Below are positions 28,575-42,402 of a DNA stretch of 64,000 nt, one piece after another. The stretch covers positions 32,302,001 to 32,366,000 of the forward strand of contig OX597817.1 of the NCBI GenBank assembly GCA_951406725.2, written 5' to 3'. The notes under the pieces are model-generated. The model was not told the origin of the DNA. It did no database searches and saw nothing but the letters and a program-made list of their open reading frames with translations. How positions within the stretch are numbered: the stretch's first letter is position 1; every line of letters starts with the position of its first letter. The DNA comes from Octopus vulgaris. Taxonomy: Eukaryota. A program made the translations under genes and the position numbers.

Positions 28575-28998
28575 TACTCTTTACTCTCTTTTACTCTTTT
28601 ACTTGTTTCAGTCATTTGACTGCGGCCATGCTGGAGCACCGCCTTTAGTCGAGAGCAAATCGACCCCGGGACTTATTCTTTGTAAGCCCAGTACTTATTC
28701 TATCGGTCTCTTTCGCCGAACCGCTAAGTGACAGGGACGTAAACACACCAGCATCGGTTGTCAAGCAATGCTAGGGGGACAAACAAAGACACACAAACAT
28801 ATACACACACACTTACATATATATATACATATATACGACAGGCTTCTTTCAGTTTTCGTCTACCAAATCCACTCACAAGGCTTTGGTCTGCCCGAGGCTA
28901 TAGCAGAAGATACTTGCCCAAGGTGCCACGCAGTGGGACTGAACCCGGAACCATGTGGTTGGTTAGCAAGCTACTTACCACACAGCCACTCCTGCGCC
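28575..28998 (-). mobile_element. SINE family A
   Basis: Full-length reverse-complement copy with a (TTTTACTC)n-type tail. Confidence 0.9.
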
Positions 28999-29498
28999 TA
29001 TACTTGTTTGTTGCTGTTGTTTCGTGTTGGGTTTATTTTTCTTTTTGCAGCTCTAGTATTGTTATGGTTCCTACGGGTTTTCTAACTATTAAGTTACAAA
29101 GTTCTGTCGCACTTTAAGATGGGAAGGTAACAAATGCTTCTGCTTTAATTGATATATTTAATCAAGGTAATATTTCCCCTCATTATTGATAACATAATCC
29201 CTTCAGTCGGGTAGATTCTTAATCCCTCGGGTGTAAAATTCTTCAGGTTTCGAAGCAAAGAAATACTCTGTCATTTTTAAACACTTCACAATTAATAAAC
29301 CGTTTTCCTTCCGAATAATGTAGCAAATATCTAAAAAGATGGCGCGAGGTCAGAAGAATAAAGAAAATGAGGCAAAACTTCCACATTTAAAGCCATAATC
29401 TCTTCCTAGGTGACATGGACAACATATGGTCTTGCATTATCGCTTTTCCTGCAAATTTAGTGCAATGCTTCCATTTAACAGCAGTACTTCTCTGCGTT

Positions 29499-29866
29499 GT
29501 GGAGGCGCGTGGCTTAGTGGTTAGGGTGTTAGCACTATGATCGTAAGATTGTGGTTTCGATTCCTGGACCGGGCGACGCGTTGTGTTCTTGAGCAAAACA
29601 CTTCATTTCACGTTGCTCCAGTCCACTCAGCTGGCAAAAATGAGTAACGCTGCGATGGACTGGCGTCCCATCCAGCTGGGGAACACATACGACATAGAAA
29701 CCGGGAAACCGGGCCCATGAGCCTGGTTAGGCTTTAAAAGGGCGCATTTATACCTACGACGGACCGGCGTCCCGTCCAGGTGGGGAAGCTATACGCCAAG
29801 GAAAACGGGAAACCGGCTCTAATGAGCCAGGCATGGCTCGAGAAGGAACAAGCAAACAACAAACAA
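29499..29866 (+). mobile_element. tRNA-derived SINE, family D, with duplicated 3' module
   Basis: A-box TGGCTTAGTGG and B-box GGTTTCGATTCC. The module cga-ggac-ggcgtccc-tccag...gggaaacc occurs twice, followed by an (AAAC)n tail. Confidence 0.85.
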
Positions 29867-30184
29867 ACTTCTCTACATTAACTGTTTCGTTTTGGTTTAA
29901 TATCTCACGATATACGACACCATTCATATCCCATCAAACACAGAGCATGTTTTTCGGGTGTAGTCCTGGTTTTGCGATGAATTCTACTATTTTTAGTTGG
30001 TGATGACGACTGTAGCTTTCATTTGAAATGGTTGCAGAGAACCCACTTTCCATTAGTTGCGATGATTCTACTAACCAGGAAAAGTTCGATAGTAAGCCTA
30101 CTCTTCAATGATGACTAGAGGGCAACTTTTCGGTAAAGCTGAAAAGCAGTCAGATGATGAGAGACCCTCTGCTAGTGCTTAGAT

Positions 30185-30237
30185 CAGCTGATGAAGATTT
30201 TTTTTTATCAAAGTGTGATGTGAATTGAAACGTTTTG
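30185..30237 (+). ncRNA. Type I hammerhead-like motif with extended stem II
   Basis: CAG-CTGATGA-a-GATTT..TATCA aagtg TGATG t GAATT-GAAAC-GTT^TTG. Helix III is the palindrome ACGT. Stem I is only 3 bp. Confidence 0.45.
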
Positions 30238-30698
30238 CTCATTCTCGTGCAGTTCGCTTTGGATTTTCCTCAACTATAGTTTTCAGAAACTCAATATTGA
30301 CAGAACTTTATCGTTCAAAATCGAAAGGAATTTGCGAGAGAAAAATTTCCCGAGCGAAATTACCAAACCATCGAAAGCATATCCGGGCACTTAAAGCTTC
30401 ATTATCATAGGCAGAACGAATATTTCTTATCGCTTCCATTGCTGAAAAAAAACCATTTGAATTCATACAGCAATACAATGTATGATAAGGGTCTGATTTA
30501 AACCGATTTTACAAAGATAAAATCGAAACGAATTTAACCACTAGGGTATAAAGTAAACTACAAGGAAAGTAAAAAGCATAAAACATTAGAATGCAAAAAT
30601 TAACGTTTATTTTACCGCAAATATTGAAAAAGTAATCTCGAAGTAATCGTGTCAAAAATATGGAGGGACTTACTTTCCAAGCAAACATTATAATTGTT

Positions 30699-31140
30699 AG
30701 AGCAGTTGTATACTGTCAACTTAAAGTGACAGTCCCATAAAGGGAATCACAACACTGCTATTTAGCCCTAGGAAGCATCAACGCTTCCTGTCGGCCTTAA
30801 CACATTTCCTGTGGCCTTATGTTTACAAAGGGGAGACAAGCATCGAGCTAAGCCTGCATCCAGAGACATGTTTCTGAGTATTTGCTCGTCATCAGTCTGG
30901 AGTATCATGGCCTGCTAGCTGAAGATACATGTCTCTGGATGCAGGCTTAGCTGGATGGGGGTGCTTGTCTCCCCTTTGTAAACATAAGGACACAGGAAGC
31001 GTTGATGCTTCCTAGGGCTAAATAGCGGTGGTGTGATTCCCTTTATGGGACTGTCACTTTAAGTTGACAGTAAACAACTGCTCTATCGTTCCACCACTGC
31101 TTATATCTCCATGAGATATTTAGAAATTTAATATTTCTAT
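30699..31140 (-). mobile_element. Non-coding fold-back element with hammerhead and 12-bp TSD
   Basis: Inverted arms 30699-30871 and 30927-31084, a ~55-nt tail, and direct repeat ATTATAATTGTT at 30687-30698 and 31141-31152. Confidence 0.85.
30859..30901 (-). ncRNA. Minimal type I hammerhead ribozyme
   Basis: Minus strand reads TCCAGA-CTGATGA-c GAG caaata CTC a-GAAAC-at-GTC^TCTGGA. Stem I is a perfect 6 bp, the core is canonical, helix III is the palindrome ACATGT, and the site is GUC. Confidence 0.85.
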
Positions 31141-31159
31141 ATTATAATTGTTGTTTTGA

Positions 31160-32780
<1,621 letters not shown>

Positions 32781-32805
32781 GAGATGCATAGAATTCACAT
32801 CTTTT

Positions 32806-33425
<620 letters not shown>

Positions 33426-33725
33426 TTTGATGCAACGCAAATATTACGCAACTTTTCGCATGGAACTTTTGTGTGGATTACCGTTCAAAACGTAGTTGGT
33501 ATAGAAACAATTATAACTGAGATTAAATACGTGATAATCTCCCCCTTCGTCTTCTTTAGATTATATTTTACTCTTCGCTAAACCCACTCATTGGTTTTAC
33601 TGATGTCACACCTGGATTTTCTATACCTGAAAGATTTCGACCTTAAGACTACAATTCAAGAGTGTAGATAGCCTCAAGCTTGGGTTGAGTGCTGCATTGA
33701 AAATGCCCATCTTTCTGCCTTTCCT

Positions 33726-33767
<42 letters not shown>

Positions 33768-36700
33768 GTGTGTGTGTGTGTAACGGAAGATATTAATATG
33801 ATAAACGATAGTTGATACACAGCAGGATGGATGTACTCTGTTTGTAAGGGTTGGTTCTTCGTTGATTGCTGTTATGTAAAGATGAAAGAACAGTGATTGA
33901 AGTTGTGAAGAAAATATTTATTTACCGTTACATCGAATATACCTTGCCTCGACGGGCAGGTGATAAAATCCTACAGCGTGCGTAGTAAAAAAATTTCAGC
34001 GGGTGTGTTCTTATTGTAGTAGTAAACCATAGAGAGAGATATGGTAATGTACAGAGAAGACAAAGTGAGTTAGTGAAAGTGAGAGAGTGTGGGAAGTTGG
34101 GTCTCATAGCCACTGACAGTAAATTTCATTTCTCCATTTAACCATTATCTTTAGTAGCTGCCTTGCTTTGAATCATGATTCTAGCGTTCTGCTCCCTAAC
34201 TGATGGTAACTGTCTGACTCGAGTTTGTCATTCATTAACTAACTGATTGAGTTGTCACGAGCCGACTAACTTAGTTGTAACCAAGTGACTAACTGATTTT
34301 TGCTTCGGATTCTTGCTTTTATAACTATCCAGAAGGATACACATATCGTTCAGAACAATAGATTTAGTTCGTGATCTTGTTATCTTAATTCTAGCTTTTG
34401 GTAAAATAGAAGAGGTTAAAAAATGTCAAGTGGCGAAAACATTATTTCAGCCTAGCTAAGGCAATCTAGCAAATGTAAAACTGCTGTCACAGAAAAACTA
34501 TTGTTTTACTGTGAGAAAAGTTCTGTTGAAGTGTTAATTTAAATTTGGCTATGGTGGATCGAATCCACTTCATGCCTGCAAGATGCACCACACACACACA
34601 CACACAGGGCTTTATTAGTTTCCGTTTACCAAATTCACAGATTCACTCATAAGGCATTAGTCTACCCGGTGCTGTAGCAGAAGATACTTAAGGTACCACG
34701 CTGTGGAACTGAACCCGAAACCACGTAATTGCGAAGCAAAGCTCAGGCGTTGTTATATGACTAAGAAACTCGCTTTGTAACCACGTATTCGGGTTTAATC
34801 CACTGCGCGATACCTTGGGCTAGTGTCTTCTACTGTAGTCCCCCGACCGACTGTTTTGTGAGTGAATTTGAAGGACGGAAACTGTACGGAAACCTACAGA
34901 AGGTAGGTGTGTGCCTGCGTGTGTGCGCGCACGCGCGTGCGCGTGTGTGTGTGTGTGTGCACGCGCATGCTTATATTTCTTTGAAACAATCTAAAAACAA
35001 CAACATCGCAACCCAGGAAAAAATTCCACTAACACTACTACAACCAGAGTTTTGCTCTCGCTCACCGCAAGCTCACCAACACACAGAAACATTTATGCAT
35101 ACACTTGCACATCTACCTCTTCCTCCCGATGCAGATTTGACGGGTTCAGAAACCTAGTGCGACGATGGCAAGATGAAGAAGCTGCAAAGGATCTTTTGGT
35201 GTGAGGATTAAAAATAACAGAAAAAAATTCCTTCCCAATCAATAGCCAGATGGTGAAGCACAAAATCTGTCGTTAAATTACCTACCAACATCAACACCAA
35301 CAAATAGAACAACGACCACAGATATATAAGAAAGCTGGGAGAACAAAAACAATAACAAAATCAAGAACAGTAATGATTAAACACACTAGCCCAACTCTTT
35401 CCCCCATCAACGTAGCTCTTGTTCGAAAGAGAAGCTGCGAGTTCATAGAAGAGGTTATCAAAATAAAAGCATTCTTAAAATAGATGAGGATTTCAACGAA
35501 CTACTGTTGCAAACTCCCCAAAACAAACTATTAATACAGACTGATACTAGCACATATATGAAGAACCCAAAAAATATACCATTTGTGAAGAAAAAACAAA
35601 TAAAAGATACTTAGAAAGTGTTTTCAATATTTTTTTTCTCCACAAATAACAAAAGGACTAGATCACCAGCCCTTCTCGAAAACCAAAGTGAATGGTTTTC
35701 GAGAAGGTTGTACAAATGTACCTGGCCTCGGCATAGCTTGGAACCAATCTCACTTAGCTATTAGCCAGACCAAGATCTTTGAACTCCAAGAACTCGTACC
35801 CGTCTTCGACGACTACGACATCTACCCATCTCGTAATATTTCTAGATCCAGACAGTAAGTCAGTGGTCTTGGTTTTGAAAAGCTAGCTGCGAAGGTGATC
35901 GTTTCAGATTTATGGTTAAATACAACTCCGTCATAAGCAGGACGATTCTTTTTTTTTCTGGGTTTTTTTTTGGGGGGGGGGGGGGCGTCTAAAAGTTTTC
36001 CTAGTATTATTCCCCTTTCTATGACTAGTAGAAGACTGGAATTGCATTTCCGTTGTATGATACGATAGTGTGGATCTAAAACATAGGAGAGAGCAACCAC
36101 AGGAGCTCATCCAAATCGTTTCTAGATAGTTTAGTTATGTAACCAGATCGTGGATAGTGCATGATATACACAGTTCAAAAAATCAGCTATGTAAATCAGA
36201 AATGTATAATCTGCAGGGTCGACTTAGACAGAATTTATAGGAATCGGTTACCTGTATGTTGAACGCGTCTTTGCAAGCACGCAAAAACTACTGAGACCGG
36301 ACAAGTAAATTAGTCGGCAAATGATGGAGGCAATCATTAAAAGCCGATGGCGAGACACCCTGAAGAAAGTGAATGGACTACAATTGATAACGCGCTGCAA
36401 AAAGGTAGCGATAGCAAATCTATAACAAGTGGAGCGCGCTAGTAAGAAATCTGCTTGCCAATCTCAATTACTGGCTGAAAAACGGGATTTCCAGAAGTTT
36501 CACTCGAGCAGTCTATGGCTAGGTTAGGGGTGGGAAAAAGTGACGATGTTCTAGAGGGAAGTTCTAGACATAGATCTGTACATATTTTCATGGCTCTCTT
36601 ACGTCTATCTTTTTTACAAGATCATTTTCTATGGACAAAAAACTGCCAAAAATGTGTTTAATAAGTAAAATAGTTATATCCAATAACGTTACACCGCTAT

Positions 36701-37584
36701 ATTTAGTGGCTATTTAAGCAATGAGTTCGTAAATGGTTAATGGGTTGGATGTGGTGTTAATGAAGGGGCTAAACCTGCAGAAATATGGCAAAAACACTCA
36801 TCACCCATTTTCCCATCTTCGGCAGCATTGTTGTTTACATTAGGCGTATTCGGACATAGAATGTTGTAACAAATCAGAGCTGGCTATAATTTCTATTGAA
36901 AATTTGTAAAGATAACCTTAACAAGTGATTTAATAGTACTGCTAACACAGTAGAACACCGTATTGACTTATAAAAACGTTTAATATACTTTATAGAATAT
37001 TATGGTTATATAATATACCATTATAAAGCGTTTAATATACATTGTAGTATATTATGGTCATTAATATGCCTAAGAATTTAATCTATCTTATATAAAGGAC
37101 TAAAGATTTATGACTAACGCTTTATAAGCTTTAGTTTAGCAAAATTTCTCTCGCTTGTGGTCACAGTGATACGTAACGAAACCATTATTCTTAATGCAAC
37201 CCACAGACTTGGTATGATTTCCTGTATCTATTAACTGTTGATTAAGCTATCGGCTGCTATCGGAAGCTTTGCATCTCCAGGAAATGAATGTTTTGCAAGA
37301 CCTAGCTCGGTTAAGAGATTACATCCGTTAATGTCACTATTTTCTTTGTATCTTAACTTATCCTTCAAATCTTGACGTGCTAATTTCAGCTGATATTTGT
37401 CTTGCAAGTATTTTATGCTATCAACAAAAATTCCTATGTGCTATAGAAACTTTGCGACTATTCAAATCTGTCTGATAAAGAGTAAATAGTAGCAATGTTG
37501 AGTGTTATATTGAACAAATGATTTGTTTAATCTTTCTAGGTTATCTGTATTTGGGACCTCGTATTTAAACTGACTTCTTTTTCA

Positions 37585-37620
<36 letters not shown>

Positions 37621-37653
37621 TAAAAATGACACATGTAATAAATAGTTAGCCCA

Positions 37654-38235
37654 AGGCGGCGAGCTGGCAGAAACGTTAGCACGCCGGGCGAAATGCGTAG
37701 CCGTATTTCGTCTGCCGTTACGTTCTGAGTTTAAATTCCGCCGAGGTCGACTTTGCCTTTCATCCTTTCGGGGTCGATTAAATAAGTACCAGTTACGCAC
37801 TGGGGTCGATATAATCGACTTAATCCGTTTGTCTGTCCTTGTTTGTCCTCTGTGTTTAGCCCCTTGTGGATAGTAAAGAAATAGGTGTTTTGTCCGACTT
37901 TATGTTCTGAGTTTAAATTCCGCCGAGGTCGACTTTGCCTCTCATCCTTTCGGGGTCGATTAAATAAGTACCAGTTACGCACTGGGGTCGATATAATCGG
38001 CTTAATCCGTTTGTCTGTACTTGTTTGTCCTCTGTGTTTAGCCCCTTGTGGATAGTAAAGAAATAGGTGTTTTGTCCGACTTTATGTTCTGAGATTAAAT
38101 TCCGCCGAAGTCGACTTTGCCTCTCATCCTTTCAGGGTCGATAAATTAAGTACCAGCCAGTTAAATACTTGAATTGATATAAACAACTTGCTCTCTCCCC
38201 AAACTTCCTAGCCTTGTGCCAAAATTTGAAATCAA
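37654..38235 (+). mobile_element. SINE family B with three tandem internal units
   Basis: A unit of about 182 bp (gttctgag...gtcgactttgcc...aagtaccag...) is repeated at about 37722, 37904 and 38086. Confidence 0.9.
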
Positions 38236-39230
38236 TATATTTGCTACATAGCTTAAAACTTCATCGGCCTTCTTAATAGCTTAGCTGTAATAAAGTAACT
38301 TTTTAGATGTATATTCACCTACTTCTGATCTTTCGTAAGTTTTTTCTTTTTTCTTTTTTCTTATCTTTGTAATCACTGTTGAAGGTGTTACAAAGGTACT
38401 AATGTTACAGCACTAGACTAAGGACTAATTCAGTAATTTAAGTCCATCTCGATTAAGATTTGAAAATTTGAGGTTAACTTAGGTTAATTAGAGCCAACAA
38501 GAGACTTAGAAATAAAAGCGAAATGACCTTCAAGTCACAGCCTGCAGCCTTAAAACAGAACGGCTCAATTGAATAGTGGAAGATCTGTGGCCGAATGGCT
38601 AGAGTGTTAGGCTCACTATCGTAAAGTTGGGGATTCAATTCTGGACTAGATGGTGAATTGAGTTCTTGAGCAAGACATTTCCAAGTCATTCCAGTTTAAT
38701 CAGCTGTTATGAGTACCAGGCGACTGCTAGTGCAGCCCTCTATCCCTCGTGCTGTTACATCATCGCTATTTTGCAGGATCATGGGTGGTAGCACTATGAG
38801 GGTACTTATGTCTGATCGCGCCAACAGAGGTTTCTAAAGTATATAGCGAAGGCTTGGTACAAACTACCAAGTCGTACTCGCTGGCGAATGACGGCTAAGC
38901 AAAGCTGCCCACCTTAAATGAAGAGGTGGTTACTAGTCACAGGCGAGAATCAAAACCAGTTCATTTATTTATCGTACTTGTGTGTTGCACAGCTACCATC
39001 TCCGTTACTCTTTGGCACGAAATTGCGCAATATTTTAAAATAAACACAGTTGCGACAAATGTCGAAGGCAATTGAAAGACTGGGAGCAGAAATCTTTTGT
39101 GTTAATTCTGAGCTCTTTCGTGTGATGCAAGCAATACGTCAGGAATTTCTAGAAATAAGTTTTTTCGTGTAACCACTAAATTAAACAGAAGGCTTGAACA
39201 GTCCCATAATTCATATATGCCATACCTGTA

Positions 39231-39496
39231 GGGCAGCGGACTCGCAGTCGTAGGATCGCGGTTTCGATTCCCAGACCGGGCGTTGTGAGTGTTTATTGAG
39301 CGAAAACACCTAAAGCTCCACGAGGCTCCGGCAGGGGATGGTGGTGATCCCTGCTGTACTCTTTCACCACAACTTTCGTTAAGGGTACACGTGTCTGTGG
39401 AATGCTCAGCCACTTACACGTTAATTTCACGAGCAGGCTGTTCCGTTGATTTGGATCAACCGGAACCCTCGTCGTCGTAACTGACAGAGTGCTTCC
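39231..39496 (+). mobile_element. SINE family C, 5'-truncated and internally deleted
   Basis: Homology to 32179-32563, flanked by ACCTGTA repeats. Confidence 0.85.
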
Positions 39497-40672
39497 ACCT
39501 GTATGACACACCGTTCACATAAATGAGTTGCCTTCCCACCCGACCACTTCAAAGGGTCTTTCCTTTCTGTGACTTTTTATTCTGACAACCTGGTAGCACT
39601 AAGGTTCGGCTAAATGAATGCCATGCATACTGGATTCACCAGACTAGCTGACGGTAGTGAAGACTTTCTATGTCAATTATATTTCATAGTTTTATCCAGG
39701 TAACAGAAAAAATATTAATAATTAGTTTCTCGAAAATTTTACTCCACCCAAGATTTTTCACATTCTAGTTTGTTTTCTTTTTGTTTTTTTTTTCTTTTTT
39801 TTTCTTTTTAATTCCATTTCATTTCTAGCTTTACATTTTTCTCCTTTGTGATTCAAAGACTCTAAATACATGACGTGATGCTCTCTAGTTGCCTAAGTTG
39901 CCGGGCCTGCGAAGGTATAACTATTGGAACGTCTTCGATATTACCCCTCGCGTCATTTATTTCATTGGACCTTTTCACATTATATAATTTTCAAATTATA
40001 ATTTATGGAAAAATTATGGGCTAAAGCCGTACAATAGAGTGACAGCAACAAATAGTTTTGGCTTCCGCTGTGTGGACAATGAAGACATTCGATTTGCTAG
40101 AATTGCGTAACTTCAAATACTTGTAAGTTCTTCATTATTAATTTCGCGAAAAAAAAGAAATGAATGAAATTTTCATCAGCCAGCAAAACTACATCAAAAG
40201 AACATTTTTTTCAAAATATTCAGATAGAAATTTGAGAAAATTTGGGAAAATTTTAGAAAATTTCAGAGGCAGGAAGAAATTTAACAATATCCAACTTTAG
40301 AAAATCGGGTTGTTTTCCCAATGAATATGTGCTACGTGTGGTCATGAAATGACTGACTCAAAGCAAATTCGTGGGGATGCTATCGCATAGAAATAACTAT
40401 CGGAAAGAACACACTGTTTAAGAATAGTAAACTGAAATTGTAAGAAATAATTTATGTATTGTATATATATTCATACGTATTTATATTTTCTTTTTCTTTC
40501 ATTTTTAAATGTAGAATAATAGCGAAGAATAGTCAAACTATTAATTGTATAAATATTGATAATTTTCCATATATCAACATCGATACCTTTTATTTTATTT
40601 TTTTAAATTTTTTTTTTTTTTGTTTGCTGTGTGATGATAAATGGAACTGTGTTAATAAGGCGTATGTGCACT

Positions 40673-40710
40673 TGCGCATGCGCTACTAAACACCCTCGGA
40701 CGCGCGAAAA
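40673..40710. promoter_or_regulatory. NRF1-like and E2F-like motif pair (putative promoter)
   Basis: TGCGCATGCGC (40673-40683) and GCGCGAAAA (40702-40710) in otherwise AT-rich DNA. Motif match only. Confidence 0.3.
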
Positions 40711-41076
40711 ATGTGTTTTTAAATATATGTAATTCTTTTACGAGCACACTGACAATATCAATCACATCTTTTAAACTTATTACCTTACGTCTTTGTAGAA
40801 CGTTGTAACTGTGACCAACCTGTCCTTTTTAAAGCGTTCAAATAGTTTCCATCCAATATCATTTTAAACATTCCAGCCGTGACTATCCCTTTTTGAAAAC
40901 CAAAATTTCTTTCATCTCTCCCTCCACCATTTTTTAAAAATAACATGTTGGATAATGTAGTCCGAGGTACACTATGCCTGAAAAATAAACGATGTGGTAG
41001 TCATAGATGGACACCCTTTGATCATAAGGTCTGTTAGATCTGAGTTGATTAGGGGCTAAACGACAACAACGACAGA

Positions 41077-41123
<47 letters not shown>

Positions 41124-41220
41124 ATGAAAAGAAAATGGAGATTTACGATTGACACATTTTAATTTATTAACATAATATTATATTATTATTATTATAGTCC
41201 AACAGAATATAAATATTACA

Positions 41221-41299
41221 ATCTTACAGCTGTTTCAATTCAGCCCCAATAATGAATTCATAAAAATTCATGTTTATGGGTAAGAATCTCACCAGGGAA
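41221..41299 (-). ncRNA. Degenerate hammerhead-like motif with long stem II
   Basis: Minus strand reads CTGGTGA-GATTC...ATGAATT tttatg AATTCAT...GAATT-GAAAC-agct-GTA^AGAT. Helix III is the palindrome ACAGCTGT. The core has A>G and stem I is weak. Confidence 0.45.
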
Positions 41300-41601
41300 A
41301 TATTTGACAAAAATTACATGAGGATTTATAGAGCCAAGAATAGACTAAATTAAATATGTTTGTTTGTAAGCGTAAGCGTCAATAATTTTTTTTTTAAATA
41401 TATAGTAAAAATATATTATAAAAGCAAAAAATAAAAAAATAAAAACTAATAAACGGTCATAAATATGTGTGTGTACATTTAAGAATATTAATCTAAATAT
41501 ACTTCTGCACATTAGTTTAAAAAAAAAAAAAACAGAAATAATATGCCAAGAATTTATGGCGAAATAGGAAATATCTCCTTGTATTCTTCCATAATATTAG
41601 G

Positions 41602-41733
41602 AACTAGAAAAGCACTCGGAGAGCTCAGACCTCTGTCAAGCAGATCATTTCCACCCATATACACGCATGCTGAAAATCGCCCAATTTCCCAAACCAACGC
41701 CGGCAAGAACATAACCTCCTTGGCGGGGTTTTT
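41602..41733 (-). mobile_element. Short non-autonomous DNA element (Crypton- or Helentron-like)
   Basis: Ends ACCCCGCCAAGGAGGTTATGTT and CTTGACAGAGGTCTGAGCTCTCCGAGTGCTTTTCTAGTT resemble a repeat type I recall from aquatic animals. Classification is from memory and unverified. Confidence 0.55.
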
Positions 41734-42115
41734 AAAAACAGGAATCATCTGAAGTAGTTATAATACATCAATGACAACAGCAAGCTAGTTTCACTATACA
41801 ACTAAAACTAAACAACAATTACCTGAAACTTGAGTGATACACACACAACATCATGGTCGGAAAAGTAACAGTCGTTCAAATAGTTTCCATCCAATATCAT
41901 TTTAAACATTCCAGCCGTGACTATCCCTTTTTGAAAACCAAAATTTTTTCATCTCTCCCACCACCATTTTTTTAAAATAACATGTTGGATAATGCAGTCC
42001 GAGGTACACTATGCCTGAAAAATAAAAACGATAGGGTAGTCATAGATGGACACTCTTTGATCATAAGGTCTGTTAGATCTGAGTTGATTAGGGGCTAAAC
42101 GACAACAACGACAGA

Positions 42116-42162
<47 letters not shown>

Positions 42163-42402
42163 ATGAAAAGAAAATGGAGATTTACGATTGACACATTTTA
42201 ATTAAATTAACATAATATTATATTATTATTATTAGTCTAACAGAATATAAATATTATAATCTTACTGCTGTTTCAATTTAATTAACTATTTGTTCAAAAG
42301 TTTGTTTATTCTAATACGCCGATATTAAGCAATTTGGATCTAGCAATTTTATAAAAATTCAGATTATTTATTACGTATACTATTTTGTACATAAAATAAA
42401 AA

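Larger units (their letters stand above)
40835..42278. repeat. Direct duplication of about 406 bp (40835-41240 and 41873-42278)
   Basis: Near-identical blocks, including the (GT)n tract, giving twin ORFs 40934..41155 and 42009..42194. Confidence 0.92.

Noticed and set aside
35160-36500. Possible decayed LINE sequence
   Set aside because: It looks coding-like, but no diagnostic motif could be read.
37720-38160. Regularly spaced repeats resembling a CRISPR array
   Set aside because: The units are near-identical tandem SINE segments with no unique spacers, the context is eukaryotic, and there are no cas genes.
41554-41860. Possible spliced gene on the minus strand (GT donor near 41822, AG acceptor near 41749)
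   Set aside because: Splicing gives an immediate stop, and most of the ORF is a short DNA-element repeat.
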